A DNA stretch of 64,000 nucleotides from Psilocybe cubensis (taxonomy: Eukaryota), in the NCBI GenBank assembly GCA_017499595.2, contig CM039003.1, forward strand, positions 1,488,001 through 1,552,000. The letters run 5' to 3'. Positions 11,977 through 24,991 of this stretch are shown here, one piece after another. Each line of letters starts with the position of its first letter. Position 1 is the first letter of the stretch. Position numbers and translations under genes: made by a program. The notes below the pieces were generated by a model. That model ran no database searches. It was given only the letters and a program-made list of their open reading frames with translations, and was not told where the DNA came from.

Positions 11977-14459
11977 ATGTTTCTCACTCTCTCCTTGCTT
12001 GCGTTATGCTTTGCTCTGCACCCAGCCCTTGCGGTAACGGCTGGATCTTTTGGGGATGGAGGTCAGACGCTGATAAGTGCGATGATGGTGATTTTTATTT
12101 TCGATATGTCGTCATAGTCCAAAGCTGATCTGGCCTTCAAGATGTTTGTAGGAAATAACAAAAAGGTGTATATGCTTGATAAAGCAGAGGGTAATGCAGC
12201 TCAAATCAATGGACACCCGGCATGGGGTGCCGTTTGGTGCGTTTTTGAGAAGGTAGAATACGTGCAATAGTACTGACTGGATTTATCAACTGTTAGGGAC
12301 ATGGATACCCACGAAGTAGCTGTCATGGACGTGAGGACAAATACATTTTGCTCTTCAGGGATGCATCTTCCGAATGGATCATTTGTTACGTTTGGAGGAA
12401 ATGGGGCAGTTGGACGGGGAGGAGCCTTGGGGTCACAACTCAATCCTGGAAACGTTTCAGCGGCATGGGACGCCGTATACCAAGATTTCGACGGGACCCG
12501 GTCAATCAGAATTCTGAATCCGTGTACAGATTCTGACGACTTCTCCTCTCCCCAATGTGCTTGGTTCGATGAGCCATCGATTCTGTCGATGCAAAAAAGT
12601 CGGTGGTACTCCGCTGCAGAGGCGACGGGAGATGGGGAGATTGTGATCATTGGCGGCTTCGTCAACGGTGGATATGTCAATCGAATATACCCAGTTATTG
12701 ACCCAGCGGCAAACCCTGAAGCAGAGTATACATATGAATATTATCCACCAAGGCCAAATCCTCCTCAAACCTTCCAGTTTCTGCTTAACACGTCTGGGCT
12801 CAATGCATATGCACATACCTTTTTGATGCCATCTGGAAAGATGTTCGTGCAGGCCAATTTGTCGACAGGCATGTGTCCTGTTTTATTCGAAGCTGGGGAA
12901 ACTAACGCTACTCTTACACAGTTCTATGGGACCACACAACCAACACAGAAACGCCTCTTCCACCCATGCCTAATGGTGTGGCTCGCGTGTATCCCGCCTC
13001 TGGTGCAACTGCGATGTTACCACTCACCCCGGCAAATAATTATACACCAACAATCCTTTTTTGCGGAGGTTCTGCTATGACGGAATTTCAGTATGGCGAT
13101 TACCGCTTTCCGTTCAGTGATACCTGGAATATTCCGGCGTCCCAAGATTGTCAACGAATAACACCTGAACCACAGGGGGGAATGGTTCCAGCATATATCC
13201 CAGACGATAATATGCTGGAAGGTCGGACTATGGGTCAGTTCATCATACTCCCCAACGGTCTATTTTTATTGGTAAATGGGGGCCTTAATGGTACGGCTGG
13301 CTACTCATCGAATGGAACATTGACTACCCCCGACGTTTCGCAAATGCCATTCGGGCAATCTCTGGCCTCTGGGCCTGTTGGTACTCCGGCTATTTATGAC
13401 CCCAATGCTCCTGCGGGTAGTAGATGGTCGAATGAAGGGCTTTCGACATCCAGTATTGCGCGACTGTATCACTCTTCTGCAATTTTACTGCCAGACGCTT
13501 CTGTCCTGATAGCGGGGTCAAACCCTAATATTGATGTCAACTTGACGACCATTTACCCTACACAATATCAAGCAGAAATTTTCTACCCACCCTACTTTTC
13601 TGCACCTACTCGACCTGTGCCATCCGGCGTACCGACAACTTTGTCCTACGGAGGCGATCCATTTGACATTGCTATTTCGGCGAATTCGTACACAGGTACC
13701 GCGAACGATGCTGCTAATTCAACGACTGTTGTTGTGACACGAGGAGGCTTCACTACTCATGCTATGAATATGGGTCAGCGATTGCTTCAGCTGAACAACA
13801 CGTTTACCGTTAACAGTGACGGTACTTTTACATTGCATGTCGCTCAGCTTCCACCAAATCCCAACTTGTTCCAACCTGGACCAGCATTCCTCTTCGTGAA
13901 CATTCACGGTATACCCAGTAATGGCACCTATCTGATCGTAGGCAACGGACAAATCGGCGCGCAACCTTTAGCACCACTTAGTGTTTTGCCTGATAGCGTA
14001 TTTCTTGATTCTACGACTGGTTCGAACTCGACGACAAGCAGCGATGGTTCTACCCCCGCCAAGAAAACCAATTTAGCTGCGATCATAGGAGGCGTAGTCG
14101 CAACTATCGCAGTACTGGGTGTAATCGTCTCTGCCGTCAGCATATGCACGACACGAGAAAAGCGGCAGCCTGTGCCAACGGTTTCGTATCCAATCGCTCA
14201 AGGGACTAATAGATTTGGAAGTGGGCTACCCAGTGGCGGTGGAGATACGATGAGGTCAGAAAGGAGTGCGCTTTTCCCTCTGCAACAACAGCCCAATGAT
14301 AGCTATGGGTGGAACCCAAGCACAACTTCTAACTACCAGCAGCCATATTCTGACGCTGCCAGCCATCAGCCAAATTATGAGTATGACCCATATGCGAGCA
14401 GTCCTTATCCTGCGTTTAGACAGGCCCCTAAAAATGGGGGTCCACCGTACAGGTTTTGA
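11977..14459 (+). CDS. Copper radical oxidase (AA5_1, glyoxal oxidase-like) with C-terminal TM helix
   Basis: Signal peptide MFLTLSLLALCFALHPALA; NTFCSSG, RWYS, RLYHSSA.LLPDASVLIAGSNPN and GFTTHAMNMGQR supply the Cys/Tyr/Tyr-His/His copper-radical ligands; TM AAIIGGVVATIAVLGVIVSAV. Confidence 0.93.
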
Positions 14460-14702
14460 GCTTTCTTTACTTCTTCACCAAGTCAGCTGTAGAATAGATA
14501 ATCGAATAATTTTGGCCGGTAGAAGCCTGTGTGCCGAGCGGCAATCATTCAAAATTTCCATATTCGGTAACAAATAAGGTTTAAACAGATGTAATGCTGT
14601 ACAGCTGTACCTCGGCACATTCGGCTGAATTCTAAATTTCATGACTGACTACACAGATTGAGCTAGTCGCCTCAAGCACGCCTCAAGACACATCCCACAA
14701 CG

Positions 14703-16120
14703 ATGGCCTCAAGACCCACTGTCAACGTCCACACCTCCTCCGGGGGTATGTCACCATGATGTGCCCAACGATGAACTCGTATTGACTTTTTTTTCCGTAC
14801 AGAGGCCTCCACCTCCCTTCCTCTCCCCGCGGTCCTCACCGCCCCCATCAGGCTCGATGTCGTCCAACAGGTCCACAGTGCGTAGCCTGGAGTAGTGTTG
14901 TCTGGGAGATAACGGTTCTGATTGCGTTTACACAGAGAGCATTGCTAAAAACAAGAGACAGGCCTACGCCGTGAGCGAGAAAGCTGGTCACCAGACAAGT
15001 GCTGAGTCCTGGGGTACTGGTCGTGCTGTTGCCCGTATCCCCCGTGTCGGAGGAGGAGGAACCCACCGTTCCGGCCAGGTGCGCAACCATTTTTGAAGTT
15101 AAAAGGCAGCTCATCTCAATTTTTCGGCATATCTGCCTTTTCTGTGTTCATAGGCTGCCTTCGGTAACATGTGCCGTGGAGGACGCATGTTCGCCCCCAC
15201 CAAGACATGGCGCAAGTGGCACGTCAAGGTCAACCAGAACCAACGCCGTTTCGCCGTTGTTTCTGCCCTTGCTGCCTCTGCCCTCCCCTCGCTCGTTCTC
15301 GCTCGTGGCCACCGCATCGAGCAGATCGAGGAAGTTCCCCTCGTTGTTGAGGATGCCTCTGAGTCTTTCACCAAGACCAAGCAGGCTGTTGCCCTCCTCA
15401 AGTCCCTCAACGCCTATGCCGACGTTGTCAAGGTTTCCAACTCCCGCAAACTCCGTGCTGGCAAAGGAAAACTCAGGAACCGCAGACATCGCCAACGCCG
15501 TGGTCCTCTTGTTGTCTACAATGAGGACAAGGGCATTGTCAAGGCTTTCCGCAACTTGCCCGGTGTTGAGCTCGTCAACGTCAGGCGCCTGAACCTCCTC
15601 CAGCTCGCTCCCGGAGGACACCTTGGCCGTTTCGTTATCTGGACCTCCGGTGCCTTTGCTCTTCTTGACGAGGTCTTCGGCACCACCGAGAAGGCCTCCA
15701 CCTACAAGAAGGATTACATGTAAGTACTCCCCGTGATAAATGTGTTATGCATTCCTCATAGATGTTTTACAGCCTCCCTACCGCTAAGATCACCAACCCT
15801 GATGTCACCCGCCTCATCAACAGCGACGAGATTCAATCCGTCGTCCGCCCTGCTGGCCAGAAGGTCCAGAAGCGCCCCTGGACACAGAAGAAAAACCCCC
15901 TTGTCAACAAGGCCGTCCTCTTCCGTCTCAACCCCTATGCCAAGACTCTCCGAAGGCAAGAGATCCGTGCGTGATTTTATTTGCAATGATTGGTCGAAAC
16001 CTTGCTGACCTCAATACTTCCTCAGTCAAGCAGGAGCGCTTGAAGGCCAAGAACGCCGCAAAGCCCAAGCAACCCGCTGCCGCTTCCAAGACCTTCCTCG
16101 AGAACCTCTTCGCTCCCTAG
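14703..16120 (+). CDS. RPL4: 60S ribosomal protein L4 (uL4)
   Basis: MASRPTV...[12 protein letters not shown]...[16 protein letters not shown]...[21 protein letters not shown]...[15 protein letters not shown]; strong codon bias; several short introns. Confidence 0.98.
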
Positions 16121-16387
16121 ATTGTTCATGGTGGATAGTTTGCTGGAAAAAAGATGTTGTCGACTTTGATTATGGGTTGCTTCTTGAGGTCTTTACATGC
16201 ACCATATGCTTTAAGAAACATCAAATATATTCCGCTTATGCTACAAAGATTGATCAGGTTTGAAATGTTCTAAATTCGTTGTCGAGTATTCTCATAAGCC
16301 GGCGCGTTTTCATCCTTGTCATCTGACCGTGTAGTTGACATACTTGCCATCTGAGTCACAGTATACTGGAAACCATCGAGCACTTGG

Positions 16388-17405
16388 ATGGCTTCATTTC
16401 GCGTGAAAGATATAATAAACCCAAGTCAGTTATTCTCATTTACCTCACAACTGGCTAATGTTCGATCAGGCTATCCTTAGCTCGAAAACAATCGCAAGGA
16501 GATCGAAGCTATAGAGAGAGAAACGTTTAGCTATGGACCACTCGAAGTGCACAAGGTGCGAGCAGATAAACACCTGTTTGCGAAACTTACCTTGCAGAAT
16601 CACCTAGCTTGACGTATATTACCCTCCAGTAGAACCAGACTCAGTGACCCCTGTGTTGATATTTTTCTATGGAGGCGGGTTCACCAGTGGCTCGCGTTCG
16701 TCGCCGCCTTCGAATCTAGTCTACAACAACCTTGGCGCGTTCTTCGCCTCGCGCGGTGTGCTCACTGTCATACCGGAATACCGCCTCGTTCCGTTAATTA
16801 CATATCCGCAGGGTGCAGAAGACGTGCAAGAAGCTATTAAATGGGTAGCTGAGAGGTTCAACCGTTCGGTGGACAGTAACGGCGTAGATTTGCCGAGGCG
16901 GCGGCGACTATTCGTCATGGGCCACTCAGCAGGAGGTGTGCACCTTGCAAGTGTCATGCTCAACGCAACTCTCTTCGCGCCCATCGCGCCCGTGATTCGG
17001 GGATGGGTGCTTGTGGGTGTGCCGGTTCTCATTCCCCCACAGGGACGGCCGGGCTTTTCGGCTGCTGCGATTCAGTATTATGGCAGTGTGCAAGCGATCA
17101 AAAGATATCAGCCGTTGGGGCTGTTGAAAAGCTGCACCGTTCAGGATCCTGACTACGTTGGGAGGTTGCCGCCGCTGCGCTCGCTGACAGCCGCTAGTGA
17201 GTCGAGATACATTAGGAAGGGTATGCAGGCGTTTGCGGAGGAGTACAAAGGGAAGGGAGGAATGACAGAGCAGATTATGCTTGAGGGGCATGATCATCTC
17301 AGTACTGTGCTCGCACTTTCAACAGGAAGTGGTGAGGAATGGGGTGTTCAGTTGGTTCAATGGATGATGAGTCCATTAGATGAACCTCCTCCTGTCGACA
17401 AATAA
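16388..17405 (+). CDS. Alpha/beta hydrolase (HSL-like esterase family)
   Basis: ETFSYGPLEVHK|LDVYYP, IFFYGGG, EYRL, GHSAG nucleophile motif, GHDH. The start codon is uncertain. Confidence 0.85.
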
Positions 17406-17557
17406 AATGTCGTTACACCTGACTGAAGCTTTTGAGGAAGGAATACGTTTGAATATATACATAGTATAGCGTTATACATAAATAACGCTTCATTACACAG
17501 CGAGCCAAATGCTTAAGGTATATTTACACCCCCTCTTCAAGATATTGCTGAATAATT

Positions 17558-19651
17558 TTAATCCAAGCCTCCTCCTCCAGCGCGGCCCCCTCTACCTCTA
17601 CGTAAATGGCGTGCAAGAGGGCTGAACAAGGGCTGTCCGTCCTCATCAACGACATCGTCGGGCTGATCATCTCCGTCTTCATCGTTGTCATCATCATCAA
17701 CATCATCCTCGCTTCTTTCCTCTATGCCAATGATATCCAGTTCATCGTCGTCAATCTCCTCCTCCGAGTCAGAAGGTACAAAAAACTCGACTTCTTTGAC
17801 GTTCGCGCGCAACCATTTCTCCTGTTTCTTCGAGACAGAGTCCTGTTCGGAGATGATGACCGAAGTCAAAGGCACACCGCGGTCGCGGCGTGCGATGACG
17901 AGATTCTTCAGCCTCGCCCCAGATACGCCGTTTGTTGTGATCGACTTAAGCTGGGGCAGGAAGACGGAGGGTAGAGCGGGTGCTGTGCTAGAGCCAGCGG
18001 CACTCGCCTGAGAGCTCGACGACGGTCCTCTTGCATTTGGGACCAACAGCTTGTTGAAGAACACTTCCTCCTCAACACCCACGACCTTCAAGTTGAGCGC
18101 CTTCAGCTTCGTCAGCTGAGACAGGAAGACTTCGACGCTGGCTACGTCACATGGCAGACCGGAGATCTTGAGGTTCTCGACGTGCGACAGCACGCTCTCG
18201 GTGCGCCCCTTGACGGGTTTCACGATGGTGCGGACGAAGGAACTATAGTCCTCTTCATCGAAATTGAGCAACAGATCCGTTAATCCAGGCATGTCAAGGT
18301 GTTGCACCAAGGCCGACGCTGTTCTGGGGTCCAGGAACTGGATCGCGAAATCCTTCAGCGAAGGGATGGTCAGAGGCGTAGGACCCCACGCGCCCTCTTC
18401 TTCCTCTGGGTCGGCATCGAACCTGACACCCTCGGGCAAAACGGGGCCAGAGAGTGATATTGTGAGTGAGTTTAGCTCCGGGGAGTTGTTGATCATATTC
18501 GCGAAGGATTGATAGGAGGGTCGAACATCTTTTGCGTGGTAAGAAAGCTCGAGTTCTCGCAAGCCCTTTAGGAATGGTGCGTCCCAGTCAATATGCACAC
18601 CCCAGAGAACAATGTCCTTTAAGAGAGGTGCATCTCCATGGAAAGGCAAGAAAGCAGTTTTATCATCTCCGCTGAAGAACTCGTAGTCCTCACAATCTTC
18701 GAAGTGGCACACCTGGAATGATTCGAGTAATGGTGCGCTCGGTAAAGCATGCAGACGCGAAAGAAACAAGTGAACGTAGCCGTAAGTACTAGCCCGGAAA
18801 TCGAGTTGGCGCCAATGAGATACTTCAGGTTCGATGAGATCCATGATTTGGGTAAGTTGTTTTTGTGACAGGAATTGGACATCAAAGTCATGATCATGTT
18901 CGTCATGGCCCTCGCATTCCTCATCGTCGCATCCTTCGGCGAGAGATTTTTTGCGTGCTACATTGTCATGGTACAGAGGATGATCCGGGTGGTCTTCCTC
19001 GTCGACGTCTTCGGGGAATGTACAGTCGATAAAGATGTTCAAAGGAAGACCCTGAGCACGCGATATGTAAACTTGTGCCTTTTCGAGGTTTGGCCTCTTG
19101 GAGAAATCAAGGAAGGTCCACAAGACGTGCGAATCAAGGGCAACCTCGCGCCAGCGCCGGCATACATGAGAAACAAGAACTTGGAATGGAACTCTGGGTT
19201 CATGTTCATCTTCAGAGTCGCTATCACTAAGCTCCAATCGCTCAGCAGCAAAGTCCATGGCGGAACCGTTCTCGGAATCTTCATCTTCATCTTCATCTTC
19301 ATTAGAGTCAGAGTCATCGGATTCGTCATCATCTCCTTCTTCATCGGAATCTTCATCCACCCATGCATCTTCGTCGTCTTCCCACTCTTCCTCCATTTCT
19401 TCTTCTTCAACGCCTACAGAAAAAATGTAGCCAAGGATTTCGTTTGGAAGGTCGTTGATCGGGCATTTGCCGTCTTTGGGAGGTTGGAAAGGGTTGTTGG
19501 TCAACATTTCGTTAGTGACCGTCCACATCGCCTCTTTTGGTGTCAATTTTGGGTTGGTTTTCAGAACCGATGCGAGCGACGTTGAAATTTGGCTTTGCAT
19601 GCGCTCCTCAAGCCGTGCATTGTGGGCGAGAACGCGTAATTTAGGCGCCAT
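17558..19651 (-). CDS. F-box-like protein with LRR-like repeats and acidic tracts
   Basis: Intronless 697-aa ORF; PINDLPNEILGYIF ... LVSHVCRRWREVALDSHVLWTFLDF (F-box halves); repeated LxxLxL segments (APLLESF, LRELELS, PSLKDF, LKALNL). Confidence 0.85.
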   Translation of the reverse strand: MAPKLRVLAHNARLEERMQSQISTSLASVLKTNPKLTPKEAMWTVTNEMLTNNPFQPPKDGKCPINDLPNEILGYIFSVGVEEEEMEEEWEDDEDAWVDEDSDEEGDDDESDDSDSNEDEDEDEDSENGSAMDFAAERLELSDSDSEDEHEPRVPFQVLVSHVCRRWREVALDSHVLWTFLDFSKRPNLEKAQVYISRAQGLPLNIFIDCTFPEDVDEEDHPDHPLYHDNVARKKSLAEGCDDEECEGHDEHDHDFDVQFLSQKQLTQIMDLIEPEVSHWRQLDFRASTYGYVHLFLSRLHALPSAPLLESFQVCHFEDCEDYEFFSGDDKTAFLPFHGDAPLLKDIVLWGVHIDWDAPFLKGLRELELSYHAKDVRPSYQSFANMINNSPELNSLTISLSGPVLPEGVRFDADPEEEEGAWGPTPLTIPSLKDFAIQFLDPRTASALVQHLDMPGLTDLLLNFDEEDYSSFVRTIVKPVKGRTESVLSHVENLKISGLPCDVASVEVFLSQLTKLKALNLKVVGVEEEVFFNKLLVPNARGPSSSSQASAAGSSTAPALPSVFLPQLKSITTNGVSGARLKNLVIARRDRGVPLTSVIISEQDSVSKKQEKWLRANVKEVEFFVPSDSEEEIDDDELDIIGIEERSEDDVDDDDNDEDGDDQPDDVVDEDGQPLFSPLARHLRRGRGGRAGGGGLD

Positions 19652-20054
19652 TTTAACTATTTTTTGGTATTAATTGAAGAAGGCTGCCGTAGAAGTGAAG
19701 GAGTGCGATTATGAACGGAACGGCCTGATGGTGGTATAGGTTAATGATTAGAAAGGATCAAAGCAGGCAGTGCCTCGCAGTTTTCAAAGTTTGTTTGCAA
19801 TTCATCTTATCAGAGTCACGGGATTATTTTGATCGCATCACTCGATTATCGATCATTCTTGCCTAAAGGAGTGTGCGCCTTCGACCAATAAGAGGCACTA
19901 AAATATCACATACCGTTCGAGGACAAGGTAGTTTAGATGATTGAGATTTATGGATTGTATTCATCCTTTTCAAGCGGAATTATTAACAAAAGCTTAACAG
20001 ATAACACTACCAATGAATATTGAGAGAACGGATGTGCAGTGGCAAAGCCAATAG

Positions 20055-21243
20055 CTAGCTAGACTCGTCAGAGCTGTTTCGTCTCCGTTTCTTCCTTTTC
20101 TTGTCAAAATTTTCGTTTTCCTCTTTGTCGGCGTTTGGTGACTTTGAATGTTTCTGTTTCGAGGCTTTGGTTTTTGTTCCATTACAGTCAGCCTTTTCCG
20201 CATCTGTAGGTTTTATGTTGACGACATTTAGTTGCTTTCGCAGTGCTTTAATTCTTCTCTTTTCTTCCTTTTTCCTCCGACGTTCGATGTTGTCGACAGA
20301 ATCGCTCTTTTTTGAAGGTGAATGGGATGAATCATCTGAGGACTCGAGAGCAGTTTCTTGCTTTGCCCTCTTCTCCTTCCTTCGCCTCTGTTTAGCCATG
20401 TTCTTTTCCTTCATCTGCTTCTCTTCCTTTCTCTTCCGTTTACGCTCTTTTCTTGATGCCTCATCTTCCTCTTCCTCACTTGATGCCTCCTCTGCGCCGT
20501 GAACCTTCCTTTTTCCGGTTGACGAATTGGAAACCTCGAGGTCAATCACCATTTTATCAGTAGCAGTCTGAATTTCAATGTGTTCTGTCACGATCATGCT
20601 CTGAACAGCAGAATGTTGCTTTTCAAACGTTTTCGAAACAAGGTCGGCAAGTCGTTTCTCTTCCTCGGCTATAGCTTCAGGTCCAAGAACGGGCCCTCGG
20701 AAGAAATTGGCGTACAATCGACGTTTGGCAGCCTCACGCTGAGCCTGCGCCATCAAAGACAGACGGGGGGTCTGGGAATCTGAATCCCCTTCATTTGGTG
20801 TTGTATTGCCTGAATGCGCGGGAGCTCCATCGATGGGACGGCGAGTGGAAAGAATTCCAGTAGCAGTCTTCCTCAAAGGTGCGCTTTTGGAAGTCTATGT
20901 GGGACGTTGAGTACTATATATTGAATAGAAAAATAGCCGGCACGCACTGACGCCTCGCCACCGTCTCCTTCGTCGTCGCTGACATATTTAATCGTAATGG
21001 ACTTCGCAGCCGCGGTGTACAAGCTACGACGGAAACCTCCTGTAAGGATTGTGTTCAGAGGCAGCCGGTTTTGAATGCTCACTGGTCCCAGAAGGGAAAC
21101 GCTTCGTCACGATCCTTTCCAAGCCCTGCTAGATTTTTTTTCATCGGGATCGCTATAGGTCTGGAGATAGCTCCTTGTCGAAGCCCAGTTCCTTTTCCTC
21201 CCCATCCTTGAGAGACCAGATAGTCGTGTGCTTCTAAAGGCAT
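20055..21243 (-). CDS. G-patch domain, K/E-rich probably nucleolar protein (Tma23-like)
   Basis: First exon MPLEAHDYLVSQGWGGKGTGLRQGAISRPIAIPMKKNLAGLGKDRDEAFPFWD (G-patch), then LYANFFRG and a KKE-rich tail. Confidence 0.8.
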
Positions 21244-22617
21244 TTTACAAGTGTTTGAAGTTTATTTATTCAGATGGGTGTCATGAAGCTAGTATGGAGA
21301 ATTGGGAATCTAAGGAGCCAGGGAGAACGACACAGATCTAGACAAGAGTTAAAGCTAACAAGTCGAAAGTGCTTGAGCGATTTCCCATTGGCTCAGATCA
21401 GACGTGGTACACGTGATGACTATTGTTTACTACTGCATCCGCAACCCGGACTTGGTTTGTCCTCAAACGCTGACCATGGCTTACCATGACCGTCATCGCA
21501 TGACCATTTTTGTGTCCTTTTGATCCCACCTATTCAACCACCGAAAAAAATGCTTTACATAGTCGAAAATCTTCGTCAAGGTCTACCAGGCGCTTGTCAA
21601 GGCAATAGAAGAACAAGTTTGGAATAACCAATAACAAACCGCCACTACCTTTGCATCCACCGCTCGTCATGACAGTGGTAAATAGCTTAGGTGGGGCCAA
21701 ACCTGAGTGTGGCCACTAAATTCCTACTATCTGGGCTTATGGAACCTACGGCGGCTACTTGTTTTGACATATCCGTATTACGCTGTCTTCGAGTCGTTAT
21801 TCAGGTGCCAATTGTTTGTGTTCCGAGCGGCTCTGTGTCACTACAAAATTAGCCCTATGTTTCTCAGACGATCTCCCCGCGATGTATTCTATTTCTCATG
21901 ATACTTATTACTCCAAGGATCTATTGATCTCTTGTGATTTGGCAGCTGGCATGCCCGTATGCCCCTCCATACATGCTGCGACCCTTGTCCAGTCTCATGA
22001 CTATATGTTCTGTACAATCCGAGAAGGTTTATACTCTGACAAGCTCTTCGCCTACCTTTGCAAAAACACGAGCTATACCGGCCGCCTTTGTATCCTAGTG
22101 TCTAATTCATTCCACTTCTTACGGTGGCCGGTTTGTCGACGATCAAGCACCCATACGGTAAGTCGTCATACTTTCCTTCTCATGCTTCTGAGAAGACCTC
22201 ATTTTTAACCTTGTTTTTCCGTAGGTAAGTTGACCTTGGTTCACAACTTGCGCCAATCCACTCGTTTGATATAAGCATCTTACAGAAAGGGGACCAGATA
22301 ATGCATTGCTCTGATGCATTAATAGCAGGAGAATATTGCCTTCTAGAAAAGGCGCGTCAGCAATTATAACGGGGAGCAACTGCGATCATTCTCATACATC
22401 CGCTTTCGTGTTCATGCGTAGTGTGCAACCGAATTGGACACCGCATTGTCCCATAGTCAAACCAACTCCCTTCGCACTCCTGATTCCGAACTTTCCCTGT
22501 CAGGCGACACGGTAGTGATTCAATGCCACTAAAAGCTCGTGTTAAGTGGTATAATATATAAAGAACATGTTACTTGTGCATCTGTAAAGCGTGGTAAACC
22601 TTCCCTAGTCTTATCCA

Positions 22618-24991
22618 ATGCTCCTGAAGGAACTACTTAGCCTTGCCTCTCTATTGGCGTTGGCCAAAGCCGCGCCCGCTGGTGCACCAACTGTGAAGCT
22701 TGACAGTGGTACCTTTATCGGGGTGAACGATGGCTCAGTTCAGAAATTTCTAGGCATCCCATTCGCACAACCTCCGTGGGCACTGATTTTCTCGGTGATC
22801 AAAACGTACCAATTAACCGCCTACAAAACATATCCAGTGTTGGAGACTTGCGATACCGTTTACCACAGGCAATTCCTCCTTACAACGGATCGCACGATGC
22901 AACAAAATTCGGCCCTTCATGTGGACAACAAGCAATCGACTTGCCCATTGTCCAGGGGCTGGTGGCCGACGCAGCAGACTTTTTGGTTAATTCTATCTTT
23001 GGCCAAATATTTCCTGACTCAGAGGATTGTAAGCATTGTTGCAAGTCAGGTTATTAGTGTATATATATTAATATTGAAACAAAGGCCTGACATTGAACGT
23101 TGTCAAACCTGCTGGTGCGACTTCGACATCCAAACTCCCCGTTCTAGTAGTAAGTCATTTCGACATTTCCAAATTTTGCTACTTCTGACGCGGTATTTGC
23201 AGTGGATTTTCGGAGGTATGTTTTTATACTGTACATCTAAATCAAAGCAAAGCGTCTAAATCGATAAACCTCGAAAAGGTGGGTTTGAACTTGGCGGCAC
23301 GTCGATGTGAGTCCAATTGGTAAACCACTGCAACTGTACACATTGGCTAATCTAATACAATTTACTTTTATAAGGTATGACGGTGGTTTGGTGGTGTCCC
23401 GATCTATCGCGTTGGGGAGCCCTGTTATATATGTCAGCATGAACTACAGGTCAGTCTATTTTGAATCAAATTGTCTCAACATTTTACGAATAATATATAG
23501 GCTTAGTGGTTTTGGGTTCTTACCAGGGAAGGAAGTAAAAGCTGCCGGTGTTGGAAATCTAGGTCTGCAAGATCGTAAGGATAACAACACACAATAACTC
23601 GATAGCCCAGAGTGGCTGACCGATCCGTCACAGAACAGGAGGCATTTAGATGGGTTCAAAAATATATCACCCAGTTTGGAGGTGATCCAACCAAAGTGAC
23701 AATGTAACTCCGTATTTTATCGATTTACTATGAGCGCTAAAGCATTTCTCCAGATGGGGAGAATCAGCGGGAGCAATCTCTGTATCTCTGCACATGCTCT
23801 CAAATGGAGGAAATCCAGGTGGCTTATTCCGAGCAGCGTTTATGGAATCCGGTGCTCCTATACCCGTCGGCGATATAACTAATGGGCAGAAATATTACGA
23901 TGCCCTCGTTGCAGATACCGGATGCTCCGGTGCTAGTGACACTCTAGCATGCCTGCGGACGATACCATTTACAGACCTTAAGGCTGCGATCAACAAGTCG
24001 CCGGGGATTTTCGCTTTCCAAGTGGGTATATGCAGAGTCAGGCAGCCTGTTTCTAACATTTTAACAAACAGTCTTTGAATCTTGCTTGGCTTCCTCGTAC
24101 CGACGGGGTCTTCTTGACCGAAAATCCACAAGCATTAGTCCAGCAAGGCAAAGTGGCAAATATTCCGTTCATAACTGGTACGCCGGACTGGAGGCTCAAC
24201 AGATATGGTTCTTATCTGTTTCCTGACAGGAAACTGCGACGACGAAGGAACTCTGTTTTCTTTATCAACGCTGAACTTGACGTGATTTCTTTGGGCTTCT
24301 TTTTCCTGCCCACCAAACAACTAATGCTTTTTTCTCAGGACGGACGCTCAAGTCATCGACTACATAAAAAATGTTTTCTTCCCCGGTGTAACCGACGATC
24401 AATTAAGCCAACTTGCTACCTTATACCCCTCTGATATCCTCCAAGGATCTCCATTTGACACTGGTATCCTAAACGCGTTGACGCCGCAATTCAAAAGGAT
24501 CGCGGCCTTCCAAGGCGATGGGGTGTTCCAAGCACCTCGGAGATGGTTGTTAAATAATGTGGTTCCGAAGAACCCAAATGTATGGGCATTCGGTATGTCC
24601 TTCATCAATCAAAAATCTGTGCAAATGAATATTTACACGATTTCTAGTCAGTAAGCGGTTGAAAGCATTGCCAGTTTTAGGGTCGGTCAGTAACAAAATG
24701 TTCATACTTATTCGTGCTATTGAAATCAGACCATATCTCCAGGTACACGGATCCGACCTTCTGAATGTTTATGGCGGTGGAGAGATGCAGGATTACCTCA
24801 TTCGTTTCGCCACTAATCTGAACCCCAACTCGAACAGTTTGCTGAGCTTCCAATGGCCCAAGTATGAACTCAAGAATCGACAGCTTCTGACATTCTTGGA
24901 CGGCCTTATTCCATTGGCAATCACAGCTGATACATATAGGCAGGCTGCCATGAACTTTTTGACAACTGTGACACTTGCAAACCCCGTTTGA
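22618..24991 (+). CDS. Secreted type-B carboxylesterase/lipase
   Basis: Signal peptide; FLGIPFAQPP, SEDCLTLNV, WIFGGGF, SMNYR, NLGLQDQ, FGGDPTKVTIWGESAG, HGSDL; many short introns. Confidence 0.95.

Noticed and set aside
8851..14459. Cutinase + SDR + copper radical oxidase as a functional gene cluster
   Set aside because: No backbone biosynthetic gene or shared motif seen; adjacency alone is not evidence of co-function.
14746..16025. Possible intronic C/D snoRNAs in RPL4 (ATGATG/TGA-like words in introns)
   Set aside because: The introns are only about 55-75 nt, too short to host a snoRNA, and the CTGA-like words coincide with branch points.
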